Position numbers and translations under genes: made by a program. Positions 9,293 to 16,993 of a stretch of DNA of 34,768 nucleotides are shown in pieces; position 1 is the first letter of the stretch; each line of letters starts with the position of its first letter. The notes beneath the pieces were generated by a model. The model made no database searches. It had not been told where the DNA came from and saw nothing but the letters and a program-made list of their open reading frames with translations. The stretch lies in the sequence record DRR723986_7321; one strand, 5' to 3'.

Positions 9293-10042
9293 TTAGCTGA
9301 AAAAACCAAACGCCCACGGTATTATAAGCGCTCCAAAAATACCATGTAAACCCATGCCCAAGCTGGCATAGCGCCCAGCCTCGGGGTGCACTGAAAATGC
9401 CCGTGCCGTGCCAATACCATGCGCGGCAAGCCCCATGGTAAAACCGCGCACCCACCAACGCTTCATGCCCATGAAATTAAACAGCCAGGTGCCCACAGCT
9501 GCCCCCAGAATACCTGTCACGATTGCAAACAAAGCCGTGAGCGTGGGTGAGGCACCAATGCGCTCGCTCACCCCCATGGCGATGGGCGCTGTCACCGATT
9601 TGGACCACAGGCTTTGAACAATGTCCAGGTTGGCGCCCAACAAGTGAGCAGTACCTAAGGCGCTACCAATGGACAAAGCACCTCCCACCAGCAAGGCCGC
9701 ACTGAGCAGGACCAGCGTGCGAATGGTTTGCCCCTTGACCGCAGTCAGCCCTTGATAAATTGGAACCGCCAATGCCACGGTTGCTGTGCCCAAAAGAAAG
9801 TGTACAAACTGGGCACCTTCAAAATACTGCTGGTAACTTAAGCCGGTGACTTGCAAGAATGCGGCCAACAGCAACACGGCAATCATGACCGGGTTGGTGA
9901 ATGGGTGTTGCCCACTTTTTTTGTAGCACCACAGACCAAGCTGATAGGCCAGCAAAGTGAGAAACAAAGCACTAAGCGGGTTACCGCTAAGGTAAACCCA
10001 AATTTCAGGGAGTTCCAGCACGCGACGGGCAGACTCACTCAT
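9293..10042 (-). CDS. lrgB: LrgB/CidB-family membrane protein
   Basis: FLLGTATVALAVPIY, KSVTAPIAM, RGFTMGLAAHGIGTARA motifs; ATG 10042 overlaps the end of lrgA (GTG 10051 is an alternative start). Confidence 0.9.
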   Translation of the reverse strand: MSESARRVLELPEIWVYLSGNPLSALFLTLLAYQLGLWCYKKSGQHPFTNPVMIAVLLLAAFLQVTGLSYQQYFEGAQFVHFLLGTATVALAVPIYQGLTAVKGQTIRTLVLLSAALLVGGALSIGSALGTAHLLGANLDIVQSLWSKSVTAPIAMGVSERIGASPTLTALFAIVTGILGAAVGTWLFNFMGMKRWWVRGFTMGLAAHGIGTARAFSVHPEAGRYASLGMGLHGIFGALIIPWAFGFFS

Positions 10043-10409
10043 TCTTGCCACCTTCGCTGACCTCGCCCGGCATAAAACGGGCAGCCAGCTTGTCCAGCAA
10101 CCACGCAGTACCCGTCAGGGTAACCACCACACTGACCAGGAGGGTGATCAAAATCACCACACCAAATTCAGCGAGCACAGGCCAGAAAACCACCACACCC
10201 ACTGCCGCAGGCACAAACAGCAAACCCAGGTTTGCGGTGAACACATTTGCAGTCGATTGAATATCGGCAGGCACACCACCTTTGATGAAGAAAAACACCA
10301 GCAAGGCGATCAAACCCAGTACAGGACCGGGAATGGATGGAAACAAGGCAAAACTGAGCAACTCGCCCAAAGCCTGAAAAGCAAGAAGTATCGTCAATGA
10401 TTTAAGCAT
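10035..10409 (-). CDS. lrgA: CidA/LrgA-family holin-like protein
   Basis: FQALGE, IPGPVLGL, LGLLFVPAAVGV motifs; paired with lrgB; start set at MLKSL. Confidence 0.88.
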   Translation of the reverse strand: MLKSLTILLAFQALGELLSFALFPSIPGPVLGLIALLVFFFIKGGVPADIQSTANVFTANLGLLFVPAAVGVVVFWPVLAEFGVVILITLLVSVVVTLTGTAWLLDKLAARFMPGEVSEGGKNE

Positions 10410-10515
10410 GTGGCAGTGTAGCGCCATGAAATTTTTATAGTCAACCTGTAAAACGGTGAGGCGTTAGAATGAAGTTGACAGCAATTGATTTAGAACAAAA
10501 CCCAAGGAATACACC

Positions 10516-11184
10516 ATGAACAAATTCAAACTTTCAGCAATCGCCCTTACTTTGTTTGCCGCAGGCTGTGCCAGCAACGGCGGCGGTATCTTTCAGCAAC
10601 CGCAAGCCCCACAACAGCCCGCCCCCGGGTCGCCCGTGGCCGTAGCAGGTTGTCCGCTTGCCCCTGAGCGCAAAGTAGACAACACCAAAACTGCAATTGG
10701 TACCGCAGTGGGTGCCATCGGCGGCGCTATTGTGGGCAACAGCATCGACGGCAAAGACACCGTTCGCGGTGCAGCCTTGGGCGGCCTTTTTGGCTACCTG
10801 GTGGGCAGCCAGATTGCAGTGCGTGAACAGCGTGATGGTTCTGTCATGCTGGATATTCCGGGCGCCGCCTTGTTCGACACCAACAAGACTGCAATCAAGC
10901 CACAATTTGCCGGTACTTTGGACCAAATTGCCGCCACACTGCGTGACAACCCCAACACCATTGTTTGCGTGATTGGCTACACCGACAGCACTGGCAGCGA
11001 CGAGTACAACCAGGACCTTTCAGTGCGCCGTGCCCAATCGGTCACCAGCTTTCTGACTGGCAAGGGTATCGATGGCGGTCGTTTGACTGCGGCGGGCTTG
11101 GGCGAACGCTTCCCGGTCGCGACCAACGACACTGAGGCGGGTCGCACTCAAAACCGTCGCGTTGAGATGTACGTGCGCAACTGA
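10516..11184 (+). CDS. OmpA-family lipoprotein with glycine zipper (YiaD-like)
   Basis: Lipobox FAAGC, glycine zipper GTAVGAIGGAIVG/GAALGGLFG, OmpA C-domain GYTDSTGS..YNQDLSVRRA, NRRVE; AAGGA RBS. Confidence 0.93.
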   Translation: MNKFKLSAIALTLFAAGCASNGGGIFQQPQAPQQPAPGSPVAVAGCPLAPERKVDNTKTAIGTAVGAIGGAIVGNSIDGKDTVRGAALGGLFGYLVGSQIAVREQRDGSVMLDIPGAALFDTNKTAIKPQFAGTLDQIAATLRDNPNTIVCVIGYTDSTGSDEYNQDLSVRRAQSVTSFLTGKGIDGGRLTAAGLGERFPVATNDTEAGRTQNRRVEMYVRN

Positions 11185-11220
11185 ATCTGATTCAGCTGCC
11201 TTTGGCATGCTGCAGCCATA

Positions 11221-11250
11221 AAAAAAGCCACCTTCGCAGGTGGCTTTTTT
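11221..11250. terminator. Bidirectional intrinsic terminator
   Basis: AAAAAAGCCACCT-TCGC-AGGTGGCTTTTTT, a perfect inverted repeat between the convergent OmpA-family and fadD genes. Confidence 0.92.
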
Positions 11251-11280
11251 GCTGATCTCACCGCTAGATGCAGTGTCCTT

Positions 11281-13050
11281 TTACGCAGTTTCTTTTGGCT
11301 TGTCGCGAAGTTCGCGGCGCAAAATTTTGCCCACAGGTGTTTTAGGCAAGTCGTCGCGGAACTCAACAAAGGACGGGATCTTGTAACCAGTCAGGTTCTG
11401 GCGGCAATGTGCGATCAGATCTTCTTTGGTCACACTGGCGTCTTTCTTCACCACGACCAGCTTCACTTTCTCGCCAGTCACTGGGTCGGGCACGCCCACC
11501 ACGCCACATTCCAGAACACCTGGGTGCTGGGCAACCACGTCTTCAATTTCGTTCGGGAACACATTGAAGCCGCTTACGATAATCATGTCTTTCTTGCGGT
11601 CTACAATCTTCACGAAGCCTTGCTCGTCCATGGTGCCAATGTCACCAGTCGCCAGCCAGCCATCTTTGTCGATTGTTTTGGCGGTTTCTTCAGGGCGGTT
11701 CAAGTAACCCAACATCACTTGCGGACCACGCACACAAATTTCGCCAGGTTCATTCAAACCAGCCCACAAGCCATCGTCGCGCTTCAAACGAACTTCGGTT
11801 CCCGGAATGGGCAAACCGACATTGCCGCGGAATGCAGGGCGCTCAACGCCATGCAGGGGAGGAACGGTCACCACTGGTGAAGTTTCTGTCATGCCGAAGC
11901 CTTCAGAAATCGCGCAACCAGTGACTTTGTACCAACGCTCAGCGATGGGCTGTTGCAAAGCCATACCGCCACTCATTGCAAACTTCATGTCCGAGAAATC
12001 GCGCTTGCAGAATTCTTCGTTGTTCAGGAAAGCATTGAACAAGGTATTCACTGCAGTGATCACATGGAATTTTTCTTTCCGAAGCACCTTCATCACGGTG
12101 CCCACATCACGTGGATTGGCAATCAGAATGTTGCGTGCACCAAAAGTCATGAACAACATGCAGTTCACGGCCAGCGCGTAGATGTGATAAAGCGGCAGCA
12201 TGGTGACCACGCAAATCGGGTCTTTGCCAATGGCTTCGCTCATCCAGGCCAGGCCCTGTTCCATATTGCTCATCAGGTTGCGCTGGGTCAGCATTGCGCC
12301 TTTGGACACGCCAGTGGTGCCACCGGTGTATTGCAGCAACGCCACATCGTCCAGCTTCGGGCTGGGTTTTGGAAAAGAAACACCCTTGCCAGCAGCCAGT
12401 GCTTTCTTGATGGGTACGGCCTGAGGCAAATTGTAGGCTGGCACCATCTTCTTGATTTTGCGCATCACGAAGTTGACGATGAAGCCCTTCAAGCCACCCA
12501 GCAAGTCGCCCAGTTGGGTAATCACGATGTTCTTAACCTTCGTACCCTCCAGCGATTGCTGCAGCGTGTTGGCGAAGTTCTCGAATACCACGATGGTGGT
12601 TGCGCCAGAGTCTTTCAACTGGTGGTTCAGTTCACGCACGGTGTACAGGGGGTTCACGTTGGTCAGTGTACAACCCAGCTTCATGGCACCCACAAAACAC
12701 ACGGGGAACTGCACGCAATTGGGCAGCATGATGGCCACAACGTCACCAGCCTTCACACCAATCGATTTCAGATAGCCCGCAAACTGGTCAGACATGTCGT
12801 CGACCTGCTTGTATGAAAACTCAGTGCCTGCAGACACAAACGCGGGACGGTCTGCGTACTTTTTGAGGCACTCAACCACCAGCTCCAGCATGCTGTTGTA
12901 ACGCAGTGGTGGCATGTCACCAGATACACCAGGAGGGTAGCTTTTGGTCCAGTAACGGGACTCAAACAGCTCCTGTGCTTCTTTGCTGACGAAACCATTG
13001 AATTGATCGGGCGATACCTTAGGGGCTGCCTCGTCGGGACGTGCTGACAT
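11281..13050 (-). CDS. fadD: Long-chain fatty acid--CoA ligase
   Basis: AMP-binding LQYTGGTTGVSKGA, GFGMTETSP, GWLATGDIG, DRKKDMIIVSGFNVFPNEIE, PKTPVGKILRR; AGGAG RBS before ATG 13050. Confidence 0.93.
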   Translation of the reverse strand: MSARPDEAAPKVSPDQFNGFVSKEAQELFESRYWTKSYPPGVSGDMPPLRYNSMLELVVECLKKYADRPAFVSAGTEFSYKQVDDMSDQFAGYLKSIGVKAGDVVAIMLPNCVQFPVCFVGAMKLGCTLTNVNPLYTVRELNHQLKDSGATTIVVFENFANTLQQSLEGTKVKNIVITQLGDLLGGLKGFIVNFVMRKIKKMVPAYNLPQAVPIKKALAAGKGVSFPKPSPKLDDVALLQYTGGTTGVSKGAMLTQRNLMSNMEQGLAWMSEAIGKDPICVVTMLPLYHIYALAVNCMLFMTFGARNILIANPRDVGTVMKVLRKEKFHVITAVNTLFNAFLNNEEFCKRDFSDMKFAMSGGMALQQPIAERWYKVTGCAISEGFGMTETSPVVTVPPLHGVERPAFRGNVGLPIPGTEVRLKRDDGLWAGLNEPGEICVRGPQVMLGYLNRPEETAKTIDKDGWLATGDIGTMDEQGFVKIVDRKKDMIIVSGFNVFPNEIEDVVAQHPGVLECGVVGVPDPVTGEKVKLVVVKKDASVTKEDLIAHCRQNLTGYKIPSFVEFRDDLPKTPVGKILRRELRDKPKETA

Positions 13051-13297
13051 GTACTGATCTCCTGTGAACCGAGCGAATGCGGCCAAGGAGCGGTGCCACT
13101 CTGGGTGGCTTTTTATGTCTCCCCGGCTGAGCCTGCTTGGGCTCGGTTTTTATAAGTGTTGTATAAGACTTCCGGCAAATTCAACAATACCATTCTTCCC
13201 GCGATTTTGGTAAGAATCGCGTAAGTTAACCCAAAGAATTCAGGATTTTAGACGCAGTACTCGATTTACCGGCGCAATTTTCCCAGCGGAAAAAACA

Positions 13298-14299
13298 TCA
13301 AATACCCAGCAAATTTCGCTTTTTGATTTCTGCGCGGCTCAGCACCGGTGTGATACAGGCGTCCACCTTGCCAAACACTTGCTCCCAATGGGCAAGAGGC
13401 TGAGAAGCAATCAACGCCTTCATGTCAGCCAGCATCTGAATTGCGGGCGGGGTGCCTGGCATGGCACCGCGGCTCCAATGAATATTGACCCACTCTGGCT
13501 TGCCCATGGCCTCGCAGGCCACTTTCCAGAACTTGTGCTCGAGTGAACCCACCGCCAAATGACGCTGATCCGCAGTTTTGTACACGTTGTAACAGGCCAG
13601 GCCACCGCTGAGCAAGTCGTCTTGATGGCGAGCAGGTTTGCCACTGAGCATGATCCACATTTGCTCCATGCTCTCGGGCATGATGTTTTGCTTCCACAGG
13701 TTGTGGGTCATGGACACATCCACAAACGTACCTTGGCCTGTGCGCTGGGCCTTCAACAAGGCCGCCAAGATGCCTTGCACAGCAGCGGAAGTGCCTCCAA
13801 ACAAATCGCCAAACTGTACCGCAGGCACCGGGATGTCGCCGTTGGCCGTTTGCAAACCATCGAGCACGCCACTTAAGGCCATGTAGTTGATGTCGTGACC
13901 AGCCTTTTCAGCCAACGCCCCCTGTTGACCGTAGCCCGTGATGCAACACATCACCAGCTTCGGGTTCAGCGCTTTCAAAGTGTCGTAGCCACAGCCCATG
14001 TCGGCCATGACGCCGGGACGGAATCCATCAATCAGCACATCGGCCTTGGCAGCATGATCCTTCAAAGCCTGAATGCCCTCGGGCGTACGAAAGTCGGCAG
14101 TCACAATCTGTTTGCTGCTGTTCAACGCGGCATACAACATGGGCATGCTTTTGGCATCATCCCCGTGGGGCGGCTCCATCTTGATGACCTTGGCACCCAT
14201 TTGCTGCAGGATCAGCGACGTGGCTGGTCCGGGCAAATTGCGCGACAAATCAAGAACGGTAATGCCTTCGAGCAAGGTGGGGTCTTGAATGGGTGACAT
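13298..14299 (-). CDS. CaiB/BaiF family III CoA-transferase (racemase-like)
   Basis: LEGITVLDLSRNLPGP, GAKVIKMEPP.GD, DGFRPGV, GHDINY; the real start is probably ATG 14299, because the track's extension runs through a palindromic intergenic element. Confidence 0.9.
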   Translation of the reverse strand: MSPIQDPTLLEGITVLDLSRNLPGPATSLILQQMGAKVIKMEPPHGDDAKSMPMLYAALNSSKQIVTADFRTPEGIQALKDHAAKADVLIDGFRPGVMADMGCGYDTLKALNPKLVMCCITGYGQQGALAEKAGHDINYMALSGVLDGLQTANGDIPVPAVQFGDLFGGTSAAVQGILAALLKAQRTGQGTFVDVSMTHNLWKQNIMPESMEQMWIMLSGKPARHQDDLLSGGLACYNVYKTADQRHLAVGSLEHKFWKVACEAMGKPEWVNIHWSRGAMPGTPPAIQMLADMKALIASQPLAHWEQVFGKVDACITPVLSRAEIKKRNLLGI

Positions 14300-14359
14300 G
14301 TGTGACGGCCTTGGTAAATAGTTGAGTACGAAAACGGTTGCTGGCGAATGAACCGGCTC

Positions 14360-14559
14360 AATGCCCCGTGGATGCGGGGCGATACTCGCTTCGCCTGGCT
14401 TTGCAAGGTTTCCCGGCGGATTCGCAGCGCGGGGCGATTGCGTAGCAATCGATGCGAAGACGCCGAGGCGTTTCGCATGCCCCAAGCAAGAAGCATCAAG
14501 CCGGAAAAAGAAACCTTGCTGAGGGCGAAGCGAGTAACACCCCAAGTCAATGGGGCATT
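14360..14559. repeat. ~200-bp nested imperfect palindrome (REPIN/MITE-like element or structured RNA)
   Basis: 36-bp terminal arms match at 29/36 positions as inverted repeats; inner pairs GCAAGGTTTC/GAAACCTTGC, CCGGC/GCCGG, GGGGC/GCCCC, ATGCGAAGACGCC/GGCGTTTCGCAT; side hairpin CGATTGC-GTA-GCAATCG. Confidence 0.75.
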
Positions 14560-14574
14560 ACACATTCAAACGTT

Positions 14575-16920
14575 TTAAGAGTTTACAACTCTCAAGCGCT
14601 CGCCCTGCACGGCCGCACCATGCGCAACATTGGGCACGTTCGCACATTCAAAACCTGGAGCATAGGTTACGGAGTTGTCACCAAAGAATTCCTGCGGTGT
14701 GAACTCGTCGACCATGATGGCTTCGAGGCTGATGCGATTGGCTCGGTCCAGCAGCTTTTTGTCAGCTGCTGTAATAATGCCTTTGGCCAATGCGGCCTCG
14801 GCCATTTCTTGTACAGAACCTTTGTCCACCAGCTTGGAGCGGCGCGCCTGAATCACTTTCATTTGCACCACCTCGGCTTCCTGAACAGCCTGGAAGGCTG
14901 CCATCAAACGCTTCACGCCCGTGGTTTGGGCCAACACTTCATCGCTGTCCAGGTCCGCCAGGTTGAACTTGGGCATGTACAAGTCGCCAGTGATGCGCCC
15001 GAGTTGTGCACCACTCTTGGTAATCGATTTGGCCACAGTGGGCACCAAGCGATCAAGACCTGAACCCACCAATGGATTCACGCGCAGGCTGAAATAACCC
15101 ACGGTGCGCAACAGAAAACCGACTGCGTTGTTGCCAAAATTGGCGTAGATCGACTCGAATGCTTTTTGCACCTTGGCCAAAGCATATTCGCAGGCGTATT
15201 GCACCAGCGGCAAGTCTTCTTTGATCTCGCCCTCAGCGACGTAGCGGCGAATGGTTGAAATCGCCAACAGCTGCCAACCCAATGCATCCGCGAAATGACC
15301 AGTCAGTTGCTGGCGTGCTTTCAGCTTGCCGCCCACAGTAATCAGCGCCATGTCGGTGAGGAATGAATAGCGCGATGACGCCCATGCCAGCTTGCGCAAA
15401 TAAGGTGTTACTCCATCCACTTTGGGCGTGCTGGCCAGGTAACCACGGGTCAAGGTAAGGCCAATCAAGCGACCGGTGTTCACCACCATGTGACCAATCC
15501 AGCCCTTCAGCGCGCTGCTGAATGTGGGCAGATCATTGGCTTCCAGTGCATTCGCAATTTTGAATGCATAGGGGTGGCAGCGCACTGCACCCTGGCCGAA
15601 TGTAATCAGCGAACGGGTCATGATGTTGGCGCCTTCAACTGTAATAGCGACTGGGGCTGAACAGTAGCCGCGGCCAATCACGTTGTTGGGGCCTTGCATC
15701 ACACCGGCACCAGCCATCACGTCCATGGCGTTTTTCGCTTGCTCACGTGAAAGTTCGGTGAGGTAGGCTTTCCACACAGCTGACACCACTGGGGGCTGTT
15801 CGCCGTTGTCCAGTGCACTCAATGCGTACACACGCGCAGCCTCGCTGAGGTAGGCCATCGCCGCGATTTCGGCCAGCTTCTCCTGAATGCCTTCCATTTC
15901 AGCAATCGGCATGCCGAACTGCTGGCGAACACGGGCGTATGCTCCCGAAGCAGCCGCTGCCGCGCGGATGCCGCCCACTGCACCGGCTGGCAGTGAAACC
16001 GCGCGACCACCTGCCAGCTGTTCCATCAACATGCGCCAGCCTTGGCCTGCGCACTCTTTGCCACCAATAATTTCGTCTGCATCAATGACGACGTCGCGGC
16101 CAATAATCGGGCCGTTGTAGAACGCATCGCCAATTGGCTGGTGGTGCTTGCCCATTTCCAAACCGGGCGTGCCACGGTGAACCAGCGCCACGGTAATGCC
16201 AGGCTCTGCACCTTTGCCCAACAAATTCTCGGGGTCGTGTAGTTTGAATGCCAGCGAAATCAGGTTGGCCACCGGTGCCAACGTGATGTAACGCTTGCGG
16301 AAGTTCAGCTTGATTTGAACCTTGCCTTCAGCGTTTTTGAACACCACGCCGCGCGCCAGGATGGACGCTGCATCGGATCCCGCAGTGGGTTCGGTCAAAC
16401 CGAAACAGGGCAGGTATTCGCCACTGGCCAGGCGTGGCAGGTAATGTTCTTTCTGTGCCTGAGTACCGTAGTGCTTGATCAATTCAGCTGCACCCAAGCT
16501 GTTGGGAATCACAACCAGTGTTGACAGCAGTGGGCTGTGCGATGTGATCATCGCCATGATGGTGGAAATGGCGTTGGCCGAAAATTCCAGGCCACCAAAC
16601 TTTTGGGGAATCAGGAAGGAATAAAAACCGGCAGAGGCCAAAAAGTCGACTGCTTTTTTCGGAATGATGCGTGTGGTCGCAATTTCATGCGGGTCGCACA
16701 TTTCGCACAGCTGTTGCACTGGGCCGTCGATGAAATCGCGCTCGCGCTGATTCAATTTCGAGTACGGCTCGGCAAACATTTTTGCAAAATCGGGCTTGCC
16801 GGAAAACACCTGCCCGTCAATCCATACCGTGCCTGCTTCAAGCGCCTGGCGCTCGGTCGGCGAAATTTGCGGCATGGCTTTGGCTTTGATCAAGCCATTC
16901 ATGATTGCTTTGAATACCAT
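14575..16920 (-). CDS. fadE: Acyl-CoA dehydrogenase, long FadE type
   Basis: ISPTERQALEAGTVW, PNSLG, CFGLTEPTAGSDA, KRYITLAP, ITVEGANIMTR; AGGAG RBS precedes ATG 16920; lacks the N-terminal TM segment of E. coli FadE. Confidence 0.9.
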   Translation of the reverse strand: MVFKAIMNGLIKAKAMPQISPTERQALEAGTVWIDGQVFSGKPDFAKMFAEPYSKLNQRERDFIDGPVQQLCEMCDPHEIATTRIIPKKAVDFLASAGFYSFLIPQKFGGLEFSANAISTIMAMITSHSPLLSTLVVIPNSLGAAELIKHYGTQAQKEHYLPRLASGEYLPCFGLTEPTAGSDAASILARGVVFKNAEGKVQIKLNFRKRYITLAPVANLISLAFKLHDPENLLGKGAEPGITVALVHRGTPGLEMGKHHQPIGDAFYNGPIIGRDVVIDADEIIGGKECAGQGWRMLMEQLAGGRAVSLPAGAVGGIRAAAAASGAYARVRQQFGMPIAEMEGIQEKLAEIAAMAYLSEAARVYALSALDNGEQPPVVSAVWKAYLTELSREQAKNAMDVMAGAGVMQGPNNVIGRGYCSAPVAITVEGANIMTRSLITFGQGAVRCHPYAFKIANALEANDLPTFSSALKGWIGHMVVNTGRLIGLTLTRGYLASTPKVDGVTPYLRKLAWASSRYSFLTDMALITVGGKLKARQQLTGHFADALGWQLLAISTIRRYVAEGEIKEDLPLVQYACEYALAKVQKAFESIYANFGNNAVGFLLRTVGYFSLRVNPLVGSGLDRLVPTVAKSITKSGAQLGRITGDLYMPKFNLADLDSDEVLAQTTGVKRLMAAFQAVQEAEVVQMKVIQARRSKLVDKGSVQEMAEAALAKGIITAADKKLLDRANRISLEAIMVDEFTPQEFFGDNSVTYAPGFECANVPNVAHGAAVQGERLRVVNS

Positions 16921-16949
16921 GGTTACTGCTCCTGTTTTCGTCATTCATC

Positions 16950-16983
16950 GCGAAGCAGGCTGGTCTGGGACAGCTTGCTTCGC
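16950..16983. repeat. Intercistronic hairpin between fadB/J and fadE
   Basis: GCGAAGCAGGCTG ... CAGCTTGCTTCGC, 12/13 inverted match, no U-tract. Confidence 0.6.
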
Positions 16984-16993
16984 AGGGTAAAAA

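Noticed and set aside
9293-10409. Holin-like genes as evidence of a prophage
   Set aside because: lrgAB/cidAB are ordinary chromosomal genes; no phage, integrase or att features nearby
11953-12816. 287-aa + strand ORF
   Set aside because: Lies entirely antisense to fadD; His/Gln-rich shadow translation
14300-14545. 82-aa N-terminal extension of the CoA-transferase in the ORF track
   Set aside because: Reads through the palindromic element; family similarity begins right after Met at 14299
14360-14559. 6S RNA or CRISPR interpretation of the palindrome
   Set aside because: No direct repeat-spacer pattern. Size is 6S-like, but I see no recognisable 6S central-bubble sequence or usual neighbours (zapA, ygfA); only an Rfam search could settle it.
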